Part shown: positions 1 through 10,774 of the stretch, in pieces
Layout: each line of letters begins with the position of its first letter
Position numbering within the stretch: the stretch's first letter is position 1
Source of the DNA: Nitrosopumilus maritimus SCM1
Lineage (GTDB): Archaea > Thermoproteota > Nitrososphaeria > Nitrososphaerales > Nitrosopumilaceae
Direction of reading: 5' to 3'
Length of the DNA stretch: 32,000 nucleotides
Assembly (NCBI RefSeq): GCF_000018465.1
Contig: NC_010085.1
Span: 90,001 to 122,000, forward strand
Translations under genes and position numbers: made by a program
The notes under the pieces: model-generated
What the model was told of the DNA's origin: nothing
Databases searched by the model: none
The model's input: the letters and a program-made list of their open reading frames with translations, nothing else

Positions 1-212
1 ATTGTTTTTGATTTTGATTTTTCAAATAATGCAGCAGGATCATATTCCCCTAATTCACTTTTTGCAGCACGTAGTTTTCTTTGAAATTTAATAGAATATT
101 CATCCGTATCAATTGGTGTACAATTACAAAATAATTTTTTATTTGTAGCTAGTTGCTGATGAATTTCAAGTCCTACTTTTACACCTAATTCGTTTATTGA
201 AAACTCTGACAT
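1..212 (-). CDS. gatE: Glu-tRNA(Gln) amidotransferase subunit E, N-terminal part (runs off window start)
   Basis: Manual reverse-strand translation gives MSEFSINELGVKVGLEIHQQLATNKKLFCNCTPIDTDEYSIKFQRKLRAAKSELGEYDP..., with the GLEIHQQL motif typical of GatB/GatE; directly downstream of gatD. Confidence 0.9.
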   Translation of the reverse strand, partial: MSEFSINELGVKVGLEIHQQLATNKKLFCNCTPIDTDEYSIKFQRKLRAAKSELGEYDPAALFEKSKSKT

Positions 213-220
213 TTTTTCTC

Positions 221-1510
221 CTAAATTGACATTTCAGATGCAATATTATCAAGCATAATTTCTTTTACTTCCTCAATATTCTGAGTATTTCCTAATGCCC
301 ACATTGCTTTTACTAGAGCAACTTCTGGAAGCATATTCTCTAAAGGAATTATGCCTAAATTTAGAAGATCTCTGCCACTTTCATAGACGGTCATTCTTAC
401 CCTTCCATCAATACACTGTGATGTCATGCCTAGAAATATCCCTTTTTCACTAGCTTTTTTTACAGAATCATACATGACCCTTCCAATATGTCCTAATCCT
501 GTACCTTCAAAGATTATTCCTTTGTATCCGTTGTCAATAATTTGTTCAACTAATTTTGGATCATATCCTGGATAGTATTTTACTAATGCAATTTTTGTAT
601 CTAGATTAATTTTTGGTTGGAATTTTTGAACTTTATAGAACTCTTTTGAAATATTTTTTTGAATTTTTTCTTCTGCAATTATGAAAGCAGGATCATCTCC
701 TACTGTTTGAAATGCTCCTCGTTTACTTGTATGATTTTTCCTAACTCTTGTTCCAATGTGACATGCAACGGTATTGTCATTTTCATCATTGTGCATAACA
801 ATGTACACTCCTTTTGTTTTGCTTTCGGTAATGAATTTAGTGGCACCAATTAGATTTAATGCTGCATCTGATGATGCTCTATCCGATGATCTTTGTGAAC
901 CAACTAAAACAATTGGAACTGGAAATCCTGCGAGTGCAAATGAAAGAAATGATGATGTATAATGCATTGTGTCTGTTCCATGAGCAATGATAATTCCTGA
1001 ATAGTCTGAATTTGAATAACTACTAATTTTATTAGCTATCTCTAACCAATTTTCTGGCATAATGTTTTCAGAATATTCTGATAACAAAACTTCTGCATCA
1101 ATATTTGCAATTTTAGAAAGCTCTGGAACTGATGAATTCAATTCTTCTGCAGTTAGCACTGGAGTAACTGCTCCTGTTCTATAGTCTACTTTACTTGCAA
1201 TCGTACCTCCTGTTGAAAGTAACAATACTTTTGGTAATCCGTCTATTTTGCTGATTTTTTCAAGTTCATCAATATTTTTTTCTGATGATTGAATTTTTTC
1301 AATACTCTCAATTTTTGCAATTTCTAATCCCACATTATACCCACTCTTTAACTTCAGAACAATGTGTTTGTCGTCACTATGCTCATATCGAGGCATAATT
1401 ATGCCTGAATATGTAATATCTGAGAGGATTTTGACTGAATCTCCAACAACTACTTGATTGCTCTTTAGAAATTCTAACGAATTGCCTTCATATCCTCTAT
1501 ATTCTGACAT
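221..1510 (-). CDS. gatD: Glu-tRNA(Gln) amidotransferase subunit D (L-asparaginase-like)
   Basis: ORF of 429 aa with an asparaginase-type motif (LLLSTGGTIASKVD), HGTDTMHYTSS and an N-terminal GatD domain; adjacent to gatE. Confidence 0.95.
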   Translation of the reverse strand: MSEYRGYEGNSLEFLKSNQVVVGDSVKILSDITYSGIIMPRYEHSDDKHIVLKLKSGYNVGLEIAKIESIEKIQSSEKNIDELEKISKIDGLPKVLLLSTGGTIASKVDYRTGAVTPVLTAEELNSSVPELSKIANIDAEVLLSEYSENIMPENWLEIANKISSYSNSDYSGIIIAHGTDTMHYTSSFLSFALAGFPVPIVLVGSQRSSDRASSDAALNLIGATKFITESKTKGVYIVMHNDENDNTVACHIGTRVRKNHTSKRGAFQTVGDDPAFIIAEEKIQKNISKEFYKVQKFQPKINLDTKIALVKYYPGYDPKLVEQIIDNGYKGIIFEGTGLGHIGRVMYDSVKKASEKGIFLGMTSQCIDGRVRMTVYESGRDLLNLGIIPLENMLPEVALVKAMWALGNTQNIEEVKEIMLDNIASEMSI

Positions 1511-1542
1511 TTACGAGAATTAGATTTGCTATTTAATTAAAA

Positions 1543-3717
1543 CTACCTGTAATAGGAAGCAACTAGCTTTTCACCCATCTTGAGGTCTTTTTGTTCTCTT
1601 ACTTTCTTTACTGCTTCTTCAAAGTGTTTCATTGTTACTTTGGCTTCTATGCTGCTCTTTTCAACATCTTTTACATCTGGATGTTTGTCTAGGAATTCAT
1701 GAATTACTAATGAAACTGCTGTATTTGCAATAGATGAAGTATCTGCACCACTCATTCCATCTGTAATTTCTGCAATCTTTTCCATATCTACATCATCACC
1801 CATAGGAATTTTTTCAGCATTAATTTCAAGAATACGTTTTCTACTATCTTTATCTGGATTTGGTACTTGAATAATTTTATCAAATCTTCCTGGTCTTAAC
1901 AATGCTGGATCAATCATGTCTGCTCTGTTTGTTGCAGCTAGAACAACAACTCCATGCATGTTTTCCATTCCATCTAACTCTGTAAGTAATTGGCTGACAA
2001 CTCTTTCAGTAACTGCAGTTTCTCCACCTGCTCCTCTAATTGGTGCAATAGAATCAATTTCATCAAAGAAAACTACACATGGGGCAGATTGTCTTGCTCT
2101 TTTGAAAATTTCTCTAATTCCTCTTTCAGATTCGCCTACCCATTTTGATAATAACTCAGGACCTCTAACTGAAACAAAGTTTGCTTCACTTTGGGTTGCA
2201 ACAGCTTTTGCTAGTAATGTTTTACCAGTACCACTAGGACCGTGAAGCAATATTCCTCTTGGCATGCTGTGACCAAGTTTGTCATATAGTGCTGGATATT
2301 TCATTGGCCATTCAACTGCTTCTTGTAATTCACGTTTAACATCCTCTAAACCGCCAACTTCATCCCATTTTACATCTGGATTTTCAATGAAAACTTCTCT
2401 CATTCCAGATGGAGTTACCTCAATTAGGGCTTTTTGGAAATCTTCATGATTTACAATTAATTTATCCAAAGTCTCAGGTGGGATTTTTTCTTCTTCGAGA
2501 TTTAGAATTGGTAATAATCTTCTCAAACATTTCATTGCAGCCTCTTTACAGAGGTATTCCAAGTCTGCACCAACATATCCGTGGCTAATTGCTGAAATTT
2601 TATCCACGTTTACATCGTCAGATAATGGCATGTTTCTGCTGTGAATTGCAAGAATGTCTTTTCTTCCTTTTTTATCTGGTACTTTGATCTCAATCTCTCT
2701 ATCAAATCTTCCTGGTCTTCTAAGTGCAGGATCAATTGCATTTGGTCTATTTGTTGCAGAAATTACAATGACTTTACCTCTTGCTTCTAATCCATCCATT
2801 AATGATAACATCTGAGATACTACTCTTCTTTCAACTTCTCCGGTAACTTCTTCTCTTTTTGGTGCAATAGAATCTATTTCATCAACAAAGATTATTGAAG
2901 GGGCCTTTTCTCTTGCTTCTTTGAAAATCTCTCTTAATCTTGCTTCACTTTCACCATAAAACTTACTCATAATTTCTGGACCTGAAATACTGATAAAGTG
3001 TGCATTACTTTCGTTTGCAACAGCTTTTGCTAGTAATGTTTTACCTGTTCCTGGTGGACCATAAAGTAAAACACCTTTTGGAGCTTCAATTCCTAGTTTT
3101 TCAAAAATTTCAGGATGTCTTAATGGGAGTTCAATCATTTCTCTTACTTTCTTTATCTCATCAGTCAAACCTCCAATGTCTTCATAGGTTACTTGTGGAA
3201 CTCCACGTAATGTTTCACCTTTTTCTGCAATATGGAAAACTGTCTTTTGGGTGATCAAAACTGCATCAGCAGCTGGTGTGACTCCAATTACTTGAAAAGT
3301 TAAACGTCCACCAAAGTATGGCACCATTACATTGTCTCCTTTAATCAAAGGAACACTTTCTAAAGCATCCGCAAGATATCTTTCATCAATTGGTGGAATT
3401 GCTTCTAATGGAGCAACTACGACCTTTTCTGCAGCTACGGCTTTGATTTTCCTAACTGAAATTGTATCTCCAATTGCAATTCCTGAATTATTCCTTCCAA
3501 GGCCATCAATTCTGATAATTCCCTTTCCTTCATCAGATGGGTATAATGGAAGACATTTTGCAACTGTTCTTCTTTTACCTTTAATTTCAATAACATCGCC
3601 TGTGGATGCATTTAATGTATCCATAGAATCATAATCTATTCTTGCTACTCCTCTTCCGACATCTCTAGTGTATGCCTCTAAAACTTTGAGAGAAAGTGCG
3701 TTTTGACTCATATTCAA
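1543..3717 (-). CDS. Cdc48/VCP/VAT-like AAA ATPase with two AAA domains
   Basis: 724 aa; N-domain plus two Walker A ([26 protein letters not shown]) and two Walker B ([24 protein letters not shown]) sets. Confidence 0.96.
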   Translation of the reverse strand: MNMSQNALSLKVLEAYTRDVGRGVARIDYDSMDTLNASTGDVIEIKGKRRTVAKCLPLYPSDEGKGIIRIDGLGRNNSGIAIGDTISVRKIKAVAAEKVVVAPLEAIPPIDERYLADALESVPLIKGDNVMVPYFGGRLTFQVIGVTPAADAVLITQKTVFHIAEKGETLRGVPQVTYEDIGGLTDEIKKVREMIELPLRHPEIFEKLGIEAPKGVLLYGPPGTGKTLLAKAVANESNAHFISISGPEIMSKFYGESEARLREIFKEAREKAPSIIFVDEIDSIAPKREEVTGEVERRVVSQMLSLMDGLEARGKVIVISATNRPNAIDPALRRPGRFDREIEIKVPDKKGRKDILAIHSRNMPLSDDVNVDKISAISHGYVGADLEYLCKEAAMKCLRRLLPILNLEEEKIPPETLDKLIVNHEDFQKALIEVTPSGMREVFIENPDVKWDEVGGLEDVKRELQEAVEWPMKYPALYDKLGHSMPRGILLHGPSGTGKTLLAKAVATQSEANFVSVRGPELLSKWVGESERGIREIFKRARQSAPCVVFFDEIDSIAPIRGAGGETAVTERVVSQLLTELDGMENMHGVVVLAATNRADMIDPALLRPGRFDKIIQVPNPDKDSRKRILEINAEKIPMGDDVDMEKIAEITDGMSGADTSSIANTAVSLVIHEFLDKHPDVKDVEKSSIEAKVTMKHFEEAVKKVREQKDLKMGEKLVASYYR

Positions 3718-3815
3718 ATGCCCTCTGTCTAATTTTTATATCTTTGTGGTAATTTATCCAAAGACCAGGTAAAAATCACAAGCTTAAAATCCTCTTTACG
3801 TAGGAAACGATCAGC

Positions 3816-4550
3816 TTGGGTAAGAGACCATTAGTAAGAAGACGTGGCCGTGGAGGCAATCAATTTAGATCTACTTCTACTGGTAAAGTAGGCACCAAAG
3901 CAAATTATCCTCGTTTTCCGCTATCTGAACAACATGAAGGTGAAATTATTGACCTTGTTCATGAACGTGGTAGAGAAGCACCTTTAGCTAAAGTAAGATT
4001 TGAAGATGGTTCCGTATCGTTTGTTCCAGCAGTTCTTGGAGCAAAAGTTGGTGAAACTCTACAATTTGGATTAAAATCAAAAATTGAAAAAGGTAATGTA
4101 ATTAGTATTCAAAACATTCCTGATGGAACTATTGTATGTAATATTGAAAAGCACTTTGGTGATGGCGGCGCAATTGTAAAATCTGCCGGAACTGATGCAA
4201 CTGTTTTCTCTCATGGCGATGAAGGTGTTACGGTAAAACTTCCTTCTGGAAAATTCACTACACTTAACCCAAAAAACAGAGCTATGATTGGAACTCTAGC
4301 TGGAGGTGGAGCTAGCGAAAGACCATTTATGAGTGCTGGTGGCAAATGGAGAAACTTTAAAGCTAAAGGAAAGAAATATCCGATTGTTAGAGGTGTTGCT
4401 CAAGCAGCCTATGTTCACCCACACGGTGGTGGTCGTCACCAACATGTTGGACAAAGTTCTACTGTTTCTAGAGATACTCCTCCAGGAGCCAAAGTCGGAA
4501 GCATTGCTGCAAGAAAGACTGGTAGAGCTAGAATTAAAGAAAGAAAGTAG
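3816..4550 (+). CDS. rpl2: 50S ribosomal protein L2 (uL2)
   Basis: 244 aa, MGKRPLVRRRGRGG...; C-terminal VRGVAQAAYVHPHGGGRHQHVGQ signature of archaeal L2. Confidence 0.96.
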   Translation: MGKRPLVRRRGRGGNQFRSTSTGKVGTKANYPRFPLSEQHEGEIIDLVHERGREAPLAKVRFEDGSVSFVPAVLGAKVGETLQFGLKSKIEKGNVISIQNIPDGTIVCNIEKHFGDGGAIVKSAGTDATVFSHGDEGVTVKLPSGKFTTLNPKNRAMIGTLAGGGASERPFMSAGGKWRNFKAKGKKYPIVRGVAQAAYVHPHGGGRHQHVGQSSTVSRDTPPGAKVGSIAARKTGRARIKERK

Positions 4551-4600
4551 TTTTCTCTTTAACCTAAAATTGATTAATAGCCCAAAGAAATCTTTGATGA

Positions 4601-4879
4601 ATGTCAAACCAACGAATTAGACTTTTTGTAACTGGTAGAGTTCAAGGTGTTTTTTTCCGTCAGACTTTGAAAACAAAAGCAATACAAAATGATGTTTTTG
4701 GATGGGTAAAAAATCTCAAAGATGGTCGTGTTGAGGCCATTTTGGAAGGTGATGAAGAAAATGTTAGTAGATTGGTTGAATGGGCCCATGGGGGTCCTGC
4801 AAATGCAATAGTCGAAGATGTAGAAATAAGAAATGAAAAATTTAGTGGCGAATTTTCAAAGTTTGATGTTTTGTATTAA
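4601..4879 (+). CDS. acyP: Acylphosphatase
   Basis: 92 aa with RIRLFVTGRVQGVFFRQTLKTKA and GWVKNLKDGRVEAILEGDEENV motifs. Confidence 0.95.
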   Translation: MSNQRIRLFVTGRVQGVFFRQTLKTKAIQNDVFGWVKNLKDGRVEAILEGDEENVSRLVEWAHGGPANAIVEDVEIRNEKFSGEFSKFDVLY

Positions 4880-5208
4880 TGAATTTGTTCATATGCTCTT
4901 TTTATTACATCTCCAAATTCTGAGATCTTTTGGTCTTTATCAATTTGAATAATTTCTACAGGTTCTTTTCTACTCTTTTGGAGTTTTATTATTACTCCTT
5001 CTTTTTGAGGCTCTACATCTGTAAACCATCTAAATGTCATTGATTTACAAAAAACAACTCTGTGCATTCTAACATCTTCAATCACATTTTCTCCTAAATT
5101 AAAACAAAATTCCCTAATTGAATCAAATAGAGGTAATACTTGGATTGGAATTTGTTTTTTAAAATCTTCATAATTTCTTTTATTTCCAAATGAAATTATC
5201 CCTTCCAT
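4876..5208 (-). CDS. Conserved-looking hypothetical protein, possibly DUF5655-like
   Basis: 110-aa ORF filling the space between acyP and the SRP RNA. Family resemblance is weak and from memory. Confidence 0.6.
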   Translation of the reverse strand: MEGIISFGNKRNYEDFKKQIPIQVLPLFDSIREFCFNLGENVIEDVRMHRVVFCKSMTFRWFTDVEPQKEGVIIKLQKSRKEPVEIIQIDKDQKISEFGDVIKRAYEQIH

Positions 5209-5238
5209 AACTTTGTAAATTTGAATTTAATAATAAAT

Positions 5239-5554
5239 GGTAGCAGCTCTGTTGGTTCCAGTCTAGACGAATAGCCCCATTTCAAGGCATACAAGATCCG
5301 CCACGTTGACGAGGAAGCGTGGATGCTCCACCTTAGGATTGCTCCCTCCCGGACCTCATCCCTTTCGATGGTTCGGTCTTAGAAGTTATCCCTTCGGATA
5401 ATTCTAGTCCTGCAACCACCCGCCTCGGCGTGATTTCATTTCCGCACACCAAGCGGGAATTACCCATCTAGAGATTTACCCAACAGTTACTGATCTCTGC
5501 ATATAGCCGGTTTCAGAACAGGGCACGGCTGGCACCCCGATCCTACCTGCTACC
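5239..5554 (-). ncRNA. Signal recognition particle 7S RNA (archaeal type)
   Basis: No ORF; locally GC-rich. Reverse strand begins GGTAGCAG and ends CTGCTACC (perfect terminal pairing), contains GCCCTGTTCTGAAACCGG (Alu-like domain) and GAGGTCCGGGAGGGAGCAATCC (S-domain helix 8 core). Confidence 0.92.
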
Positions 5555-5587
5555 AATTTTTCTAAAACAAAGTATGTTATATTTGCA

Positions 5588-6502
5588 TTAGGTTTGATTT
5601 TCCTTTAGTTTCAAAATCATGTTGCAAACTGAGCACACATTTCCTGTACAATCACTACCACATTTCTTACAAACCGTTTTTTCTTTGTAGTTTGTTTCTT
5701 TTACAATATTTGATACTCTGAGAATTGATTGATACAAATTATTTTTAATTCCGCTATGTTGTTTTTCTAATGAGTTTAGAAATTCACGAATCTCTGTTCT
5801 TATTCCTTCATTCATGTGAGGACATGGTTCTGATTGAAATGGGATGTCGTTTGTAAATGCATAAAATACTATTTCAGATTCATATATCTCACAAAACGGT
5901 TTGATTTTTCTTAAAGAATTTGATGATGTATCAGGTTCCATCCAACCAATCTTATTTGTATCTCCTGAAAGCATGTTTATGACAAATGTCTGTAATGTGT
6001 CATCTAGATTATGTCCTGTTGCAATAACATCTGCTCCAACATCTTTTGCTGCATGATCGATTGCTCTTCTTCTTAGAGTTCCACAAATTGAACATGAAGA
6101 TGTTTTTTCGTTTTCTCTTAAATCTAATGCTTCATCAAGTGTTAATTCAAAGAGATTCTTGTAGGAGTAAACTTTGTGTTCTACACCCAATTCCCCACAA
6201 AATTTTTCAACAATCTCTAATGCTTCGTTTCTGTATCCTGGAATTCCTTCATCAATCGTAATTGTTTTAATTCTAAAATTATGAGATGATGCCATTTCAT
6301 GAATAATTTTTAACAGTGCTAAGGAGTCTTTTCCTCCAGATACTGCAACTGCTACTAATTCATTATTTTTGATCATATTATGTTTAGATATGGTTTTTGC
6401 AGTCTTTCTTACAATAGAGTTTGAGAAACATTTTGAACAGAGCTTTTGTCCAGAATATTTTCTAGTATAAACTGCTAAATTTTCACAGTAGTCACACTTC
6501 AT
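5588..6502 (-). CDS. tRNA 2-thiolation protein, Ncs6/CTU1/TtuA family
   Basis: 304 aa; PP-loop VAVAVSGGKDSLALL, N-terminal CxxC pairs, central CSICGTLRRR, C-terminal zinc-binding Cys pairs. Confidence 0.88.
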   Translation of the reverse strand: MKCDYCENLAVYTRKYSGQKLCSKCFSNSIVRKTAKTISKHNMIKNNELVAVAVSGGKDSLALLKIIHEMASSHNFRIKTITIDEGIPGYRNEALEIVEKFCGELGVEHKVYSYKNLFELTLDEALDLRENEKTSSCSICGTLRRRAIDHAAKDVGADVIATGHNLDDTLQTFVINMLSGDTNKIGWMEPDTSSNSLRKIKPFCEIYESEIVFYAFTNDIPFQSEPCPHMNEGIRTEIREFLNSLEKQHSGIKNNLYQSILRVSNIVKETNYKEKTVCKKCGSDCTGNVCSVCNMILKLKENQT

Positions 6503-6622
6503 GATTTTGAATATTTTTTTTCATTAATGATTCTTTAGATAGTTTAAAATTAAATTATTTTTGCTTAATAAAGACCAAAATATTTTCAAAGACTTAAATC
6601 TTATATAGAAATTTTTTGCTTG

Positions 6623-7543
6623 ATGAATGAAAGTAAAAAATATGATTTTATTGATAATGCTTTTTGCCCTTGTTGCTCATCTAACAATCTTTACATCGCA
6701 TTTGAAAAGAGTTTCTTTAATCTACCTGTTTTGAAATGTAATGAATGTGGATTACATTTTATTTGGGACAAAAACCTAACATTGAATCTGGAAAAATATT
6801 ATGATGAAACTTATTGGGATGTATTTAGAAATATCAAAAATAAACAAATTAAAAATCAACAAACTGATAATGCTTATTTAATAAAAAAATTTCCAAAATT
6901 CATTCAAAAGTTTTTTGATTGGACAGGTGTACGAAAATCTCTTTCACGCTCACAATCATGGTATCTATTACCCTTGTTGAAAAAAAAACATTCATTGTTT
7001 GAATTAGGTTCTGGTGAAGGATTTATTCTTGAATTTTTTGAGAAAAATGGTTTTGACGTATTTGGTATGGAGCCATCGAAAATAAATTTTTCATTAATTA
7101 ATAGAAAATTAACTTATGGGAAATGTGTAACTGGTTCTGCAGATGATATAAAATCAATAAAAAAAAAATTTGATGTAATAATATTATCACATGTTTTTGA
7201 ACATTTAAAAGATTGTAAACAAGTATTGTTAGATCTAAAAAAAATACTTAACCCTAACGGAATTATTTTCATAGATGTTCCAAATTGCTCAAATCTTAAA
7301 ACATTACATGAGTCAATTTTTACTCAACCTCATATTTTCCATTTTACAAAAAAAAGTATTGAATCCCTATCTTCATCAACAGGATTTTCTATAATTAAAG
7401 CAGACTTTTTTTATGGGAAAGTTTCAACATTTTTAGATCATATAAAATATTTCTTGTTTTGGATTTTTAAAAAAGATTTTTTTATTGTTTCGGATCAAAA
7501 AAATGGAAATTATTTACGAATTATTCTTACAAATTCTGACTAG
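6623..7543 (+). CDS. Class I SAM-dependent methyltransferase with N-terminal Cys4 motif
   Basis: CPCCxxx...LKCNECGLHF, then LFELGSGEGFILEFF and VIILSHVFEHL. ORF track starts at a TTG (6620); ATG at 6623 is preferred, with TTATATA box at about 6600. Confidence 0.85.
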   Translation: MNESKKYDFIDNAFCPCCSSNNLYIAFEKSFFNLPVLKCNECGLHFIWDKNLTLNLEKYYDETYWDVFRNIKNKQIKNQQTDNAYLIKKFPKFIQKFFDWTGVRKSLSRSQSWYLLPLLKKKHSLFELGSGEGFILEFFEKNGFDVFGMEPSKINFSLINRKLTYGKCVTGSADDIKSIKKKFDVIILSHVFEHLKDCKQVLLDLKKILNPNGIIFIDVPNCSNLKTLHESIFTQPHIFHFTKKSIESLSSSTGFSIIKADFFYGKVSTFLDHIKYFLFWIFKKDFFIVSDQKNGNYLRIILTNSD

Positions 7544-7655
7544 AAAAAATTCAAAACTGTAAATGAATTTTAATATTTTGGTATTATCTGTTCAAATTTT
7601 TAAAATAAAAAAAATTGCAAAAATAATTTAGCGTATCTAATCTATTTGGTATTTT

Positions 7656-8852
7656 TTATATTGTAAACCAACCAGATTTTACATATGAGAGGGCAATGTT
7701 TAGGCCAAACAAAGCAAAAGTAAACGCATAGATTCCCCACATTACTCCATTTACTGCTTTTTCTGAAATTCTTTGATCAATAATCGTATGAATGAATTTA
7801 CCTCCATCTAAAATTGGTAATGGAAGCATATTGATTATTCCAATGAAAAATGAAATCATCCATAACCATAAGAGGAACATTGAGACGTTTGGATCATTCC
7901 ATTCAATAAAATTCAATATAGGCTTGTATGCAAATGAATTATCTCTCATAATTCCAATCAATCCTCTTTCTGGATCATCTGGTGCTGGCATTACTTCAAG
8001 ACTAAAGTCCAATGGTTGTCCATCTCTAAGTACAGAGACACTTGCTGTCTCTCCTGGATTTAAACTGGGGAAATCCGCCGGACTTAGAATGGACTTGTCA
8101 TTGATTGATGTTATGATGTCATTTGCAAGTAATCCTGCTTGCTCTGCTCCTGAATTTTCAATAATTGAAAGAATTAGGACTCCTTCTGGTAATTCGTAAA
8201 ATGTACTTAATAGTGGTTCAGGTAATACCATTGCAAAAAATGGATTTGTAAGTAAAATTACTCCTAAAGCAAATGCAAAAATTACATTTGATGTAGCTCC
8301 TGCTCCAATAACTCTGAGTTTTGAGATCTTTTTTGCTTTGTTGAATTCTTCCTCATCAGGTTCTACAAAGCCTGCAAACATTGCAATGAATATTGCAAAT
8401 CCTCCTGTTTTGATCTTTATCTTTTCTAATGCTGCAACAATACCGTGTGCTCCCTCATGAATTACTAGTACAACTGGAATTGATAGTAAAAAATATGTAA
8501 TTGATGCTGCTGAAGTTAATGTAACTCCTGGAATAAGAACAGTTAATTCTGAAAATTCTGTTTGTGCAACAAAAAAGTTTGCAACATTATTTAGCAAAAA
8601 CCAAAATGCAAAACCCATCATTATAAAACCTGAAATTACACTTACATCTGCAAAAACTCTAATTCCTCTTCTTGTCCGACTAAGAAGTTTTAACAGTACT
8701 GAGTTAACTTGTTTGTTTTTGTAAGTTAGACTGTATGCTTTTATTTCAAAACCATGTTTCTCTAATTTTAGTCCTTTTGCAACAATAACAATTACTACCC
8801 ATGCCATCAACACATAGATAATCGAATTTTGAGTGATAAAATCAAGTTCCAA
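7656..8852 (-). CDS. Membrane-embedded M50/site-2-protease-like zinc metalloprotease with PDZ domain
   Basis: HEGAHG active-site motif, NMLPLPILDGGKFIH second motif, several hydrophobic segments. ORF extends to 8915 but that start overlaps cutA; TTG at 8852 or a nearby start is more likely. Confidence 0.85.
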   Translation of the reverse strand: MELDFITQNSIIYVLMAWVVIVIVAKGLKLEKHGFEIKAYSLTYKNKQVNSVLLKLLSRTRRGIRVFADVSVISGFIMMGFAFWFLLNNVANFFVAQTEFSELTVLIPGVTLTSAASITYFLLSIPVVLVIHEGAHGIVAALEKIKIKTGGFAIFIAMFAGFVEPDEEEFNKAKKISKLRVIGAGATSNVIFAFALGVILLTNPFFAMVLPEPLLSTFYELPEGVLILSIIENSGAEQAGLLANDIITSINDKSILSPADFPSLNPGETASVSVLRDGQPLDFSLEVMPAPDDPERGLIGIMRDNSFAYKPILNFIEWNDPNVSMFLLWLWMISFFIGIINMLPLPILDGGKFIHTIIDQRISEKAVNGVMWGIYAFTFALFGLNIALSYVKSGWFTI

Positions 8853-8895
8853 ACTAATTGTAATTTTTTTAAGGTACGGACATTTATCGGTTACT

Positions 8896-9207
8896 ATGAA
8901 ACCCGCGATAATCATTTCAACTTATCCTGATAAAAAATCAATCACAAAAATCGCAAAAATATTTGTAAAAAATAAGACTGTTGCATGTGTAAATATATCA
9001 AAAATAGACTCAATCTATTCTTGGAATAAAAAAATAGAAAATACATCTGAATATATAGCTATTTTCAAAACTACATCAAAAAATACAAAATTACTTAAAG
9101 AAAAAATCAAAGAAACTCATCCATATAATGTTCCTGAAATTGCTGAAATTGATGTAACTTCAATAAACAAATCCTATCTTGATTGGTTGATAGACTCTAC
9201 AAATTAA
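8896..9207 (+). CDS. cutA: CutA1-like protein
   Basis: ATG at 8896 gives MKPAIIISTYPDKKSITKIAK...; THPYNVPEIAEI matches the CutA HPYxxPEI motif. ORF track start (8833) is upstream-extended. Confidence 0.88.
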   Translation: MKPAIIISTYPDKKSITKIAKIFVKNKTVACVNISKIDSIYSWNKKIENTSEYIAIFKTTSKNTKLLKEKIKETHPYNVPEIAEIDVTSINKSYLDWLIDSTN

Positions 9208-10253
9208 GATTCAATTGAATATCGTAACAAGGAAACTATGCCTCCTAAACCAGTAACTCTTAGACCTATGTCTGTAGACGAATCCACACTATACATTTTA
9301 ACTCCCTTATTTTCCATATCATTTAGAAAATCTATCATTTTTTGTTCATCATCTTGAATTGCTTTATCTGAAAAAACCATGGACTCTACTGCACCCATTT
9401 GATTTGCATTAAAGGTTTCATCAAAACCCATGGTAAATTTTGTGCTTTTTTTGTTTGCAAGAAGCATAACTTCATCAATAATTGATGATACTTTAGCCAG
9501 TTTGCTATCTGACATTATCTCTTTCATTGTGTTTGATTTTGTAAAGGTGTAAATTCCATCTTCTCCACCGGAATCTATTCCTTCAACTACTTGTACTTTG
9601 AATTTTTGTAAATTTTGAGATTTTTGAATAAAATTTGCAAATCGTTTCTTTGTTTCACCTGGACCAAAAATTACAATTGAATCTCCTTCTTTAAGAATAG
9701 TTGAAATTGCTTGTTGTACTTGCTCAAAGAATTTTTCAATATTAAAATTAGTTTTGTATCTTTTTCCACCAGAACCTGAGTAAATATTTGGCATAAATTC
9801 CAAATGTGTTCCTCTTAATCTTGCAATACCACTGTCTCCTGTATCAATTGCTACTAGTACAAAACCAACTTGATTGTTACTTGATTCTAAAAGATTTTTT
9901 TCAAATGGCAACCATTTTTTCTTGGAGATTGTAATACCATCATTAATTTTTAAAATAAATGAATGATGAGTTCCATGTGGTACTGACTCATTACTTGATT
10001 CTGAAATTGTACCTCTGATTCTTAGTCTATCTAATACATCATCAAGTGAAATCTTTTCTACAGTTAATGCGATTCTAACTTTGATTCTTTCCCCTTTATC
10101 TGGCCTTGAATAATCTTTATCTTGTTTTAGTACTCTGGTTGTATCACCAATTATTTTATCATTTTCTTTAATAATTCTGCGTAAATTTAGAAGATCATCT
10201 GAATCTTCTGGGATAACTGAAATTAAATTCTCATCAATATTTTTTGTTATCAT
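9204..10253 (-). CDS. pelA: mRNA surveillance protein Pelota
   Basis: 349 aa; Pelota N-terminal domain (KGERIKVRIALTVEKISLD), eRF1-like domain (VIFGPGETKKRFANFI) and C-terminal domain. Confidence 0.94.
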   Translation of the reverse strand: MITKNIDENLISVIPEDSDDLLNLRRIIKENDKIIGDTTRVLKQDKDYSRPDKGERIKVRIALTVEKISLDDVLDRLRIRGTISESSNESVPHGTHHSFILKINDGITISKKKWLPFEKNLLESSNNQVGFVLVAIDTGDSGIARLRGTHLEFMPNIYSGSGGKRYKTNFNIEKFFEQVQQAISTILKEGDSIVIFGPGETKKRFANFIQKSQNLQKFKVQVVEGIDSGGEDGIYTFTKSNTMKEIMSDSKLAKVSSIIDEVMLLANKKSTKFTMGFDETFNANQMGAVESMVFSDKAIQDDEQKMIDFLNDMENKGVKMYSVDSSTDIGLRVTGLGGIVSLLRYSIES

Positions 10254-10285
10254 GTTGTTGTTCTATTCTACAAAGAGAAAAGAGT

Positions 10286-10699
10286 TTAGTTTGTTACTTC
10301 GTTAGTTGTTTCTTCAGATTTTTTCTTTAGATAACTTTCAACCCAATCTAAAGTAAGAACTCCTGATTCAGCTAAATTTGTTAAAGAGTTTGCAGATGCT
10401 TCTCCTGTGACTTTACCATGATTTTTTTTTAATTGACGCCATTTTAGAGATGTATTACCACTTTTTGAATTATAGATAATTCCTAAAATGTCCCTTGCAT
10501 TAACAAATGTGATATCTCTAATTTTTTTCAAAGTTACCTTATCCGCTGCCTCAACATAGATTGCACCTAAACTATCTTCTCTTTCTGCAAATACTTCTGA
10601 ATCATCCAGATAACTTCTTGGAGCATAAGATTTACACGTACTAGAAATGATGAATCTTCTAAAACTTTCTACTGATGCTGGAGTGTCAATTGCAACCAT
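10286..10699 (-). CDS. Hypothetical protein
   Basis: 137-aa ORF with a continuous reading frame in a gene-dense region. No family recognised. Confidence 0.6.
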   Translation of the reverse strand: MVAIDTPASVESFRRFIISSTCKSYAPRSYLDDSEVFAEREDSLGAIYVEAADKVTLKKIRDITFVNARDILGIIYNSKSGNTSLKWRQLKKNHGKVTGEASANSLTNLAESGVLTLDWVESYLKKKSEETTNEVTN

Positions 10700-10774
10700 T
10701 TTGAATGAATAAACTATTGGCCATTTATCAAGCTTCTTGAAAGACTCAATAGGAATCTACCTCAAATATGGCTT

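Noticed and set aside
1916-3634. ORFs antisense to the Cdc48 gene (1916..2245, 3000..3254, 3332..3634)
   Set aside because: They lie entirely opposite a strongly supported AAA ATPase and have no protein-like motifs; treated as shadow ORFs.
4296-4620. ORFs 4296..4607 (-) and 4333..4620 (+) overlapping rpl2
   Set aside because: Out-of-frame or antisense readings of ribosomal protein L2; low-complexity composition.
8833-8915. Extended starts of cutA (8833) and of the M50 protease (8915)
   Set aside because: They make the divergent genes overlap. CutA homology begins at the ATG at 8896, and a TTG at 8852 gives a sensible protease N-terminus without overlap.
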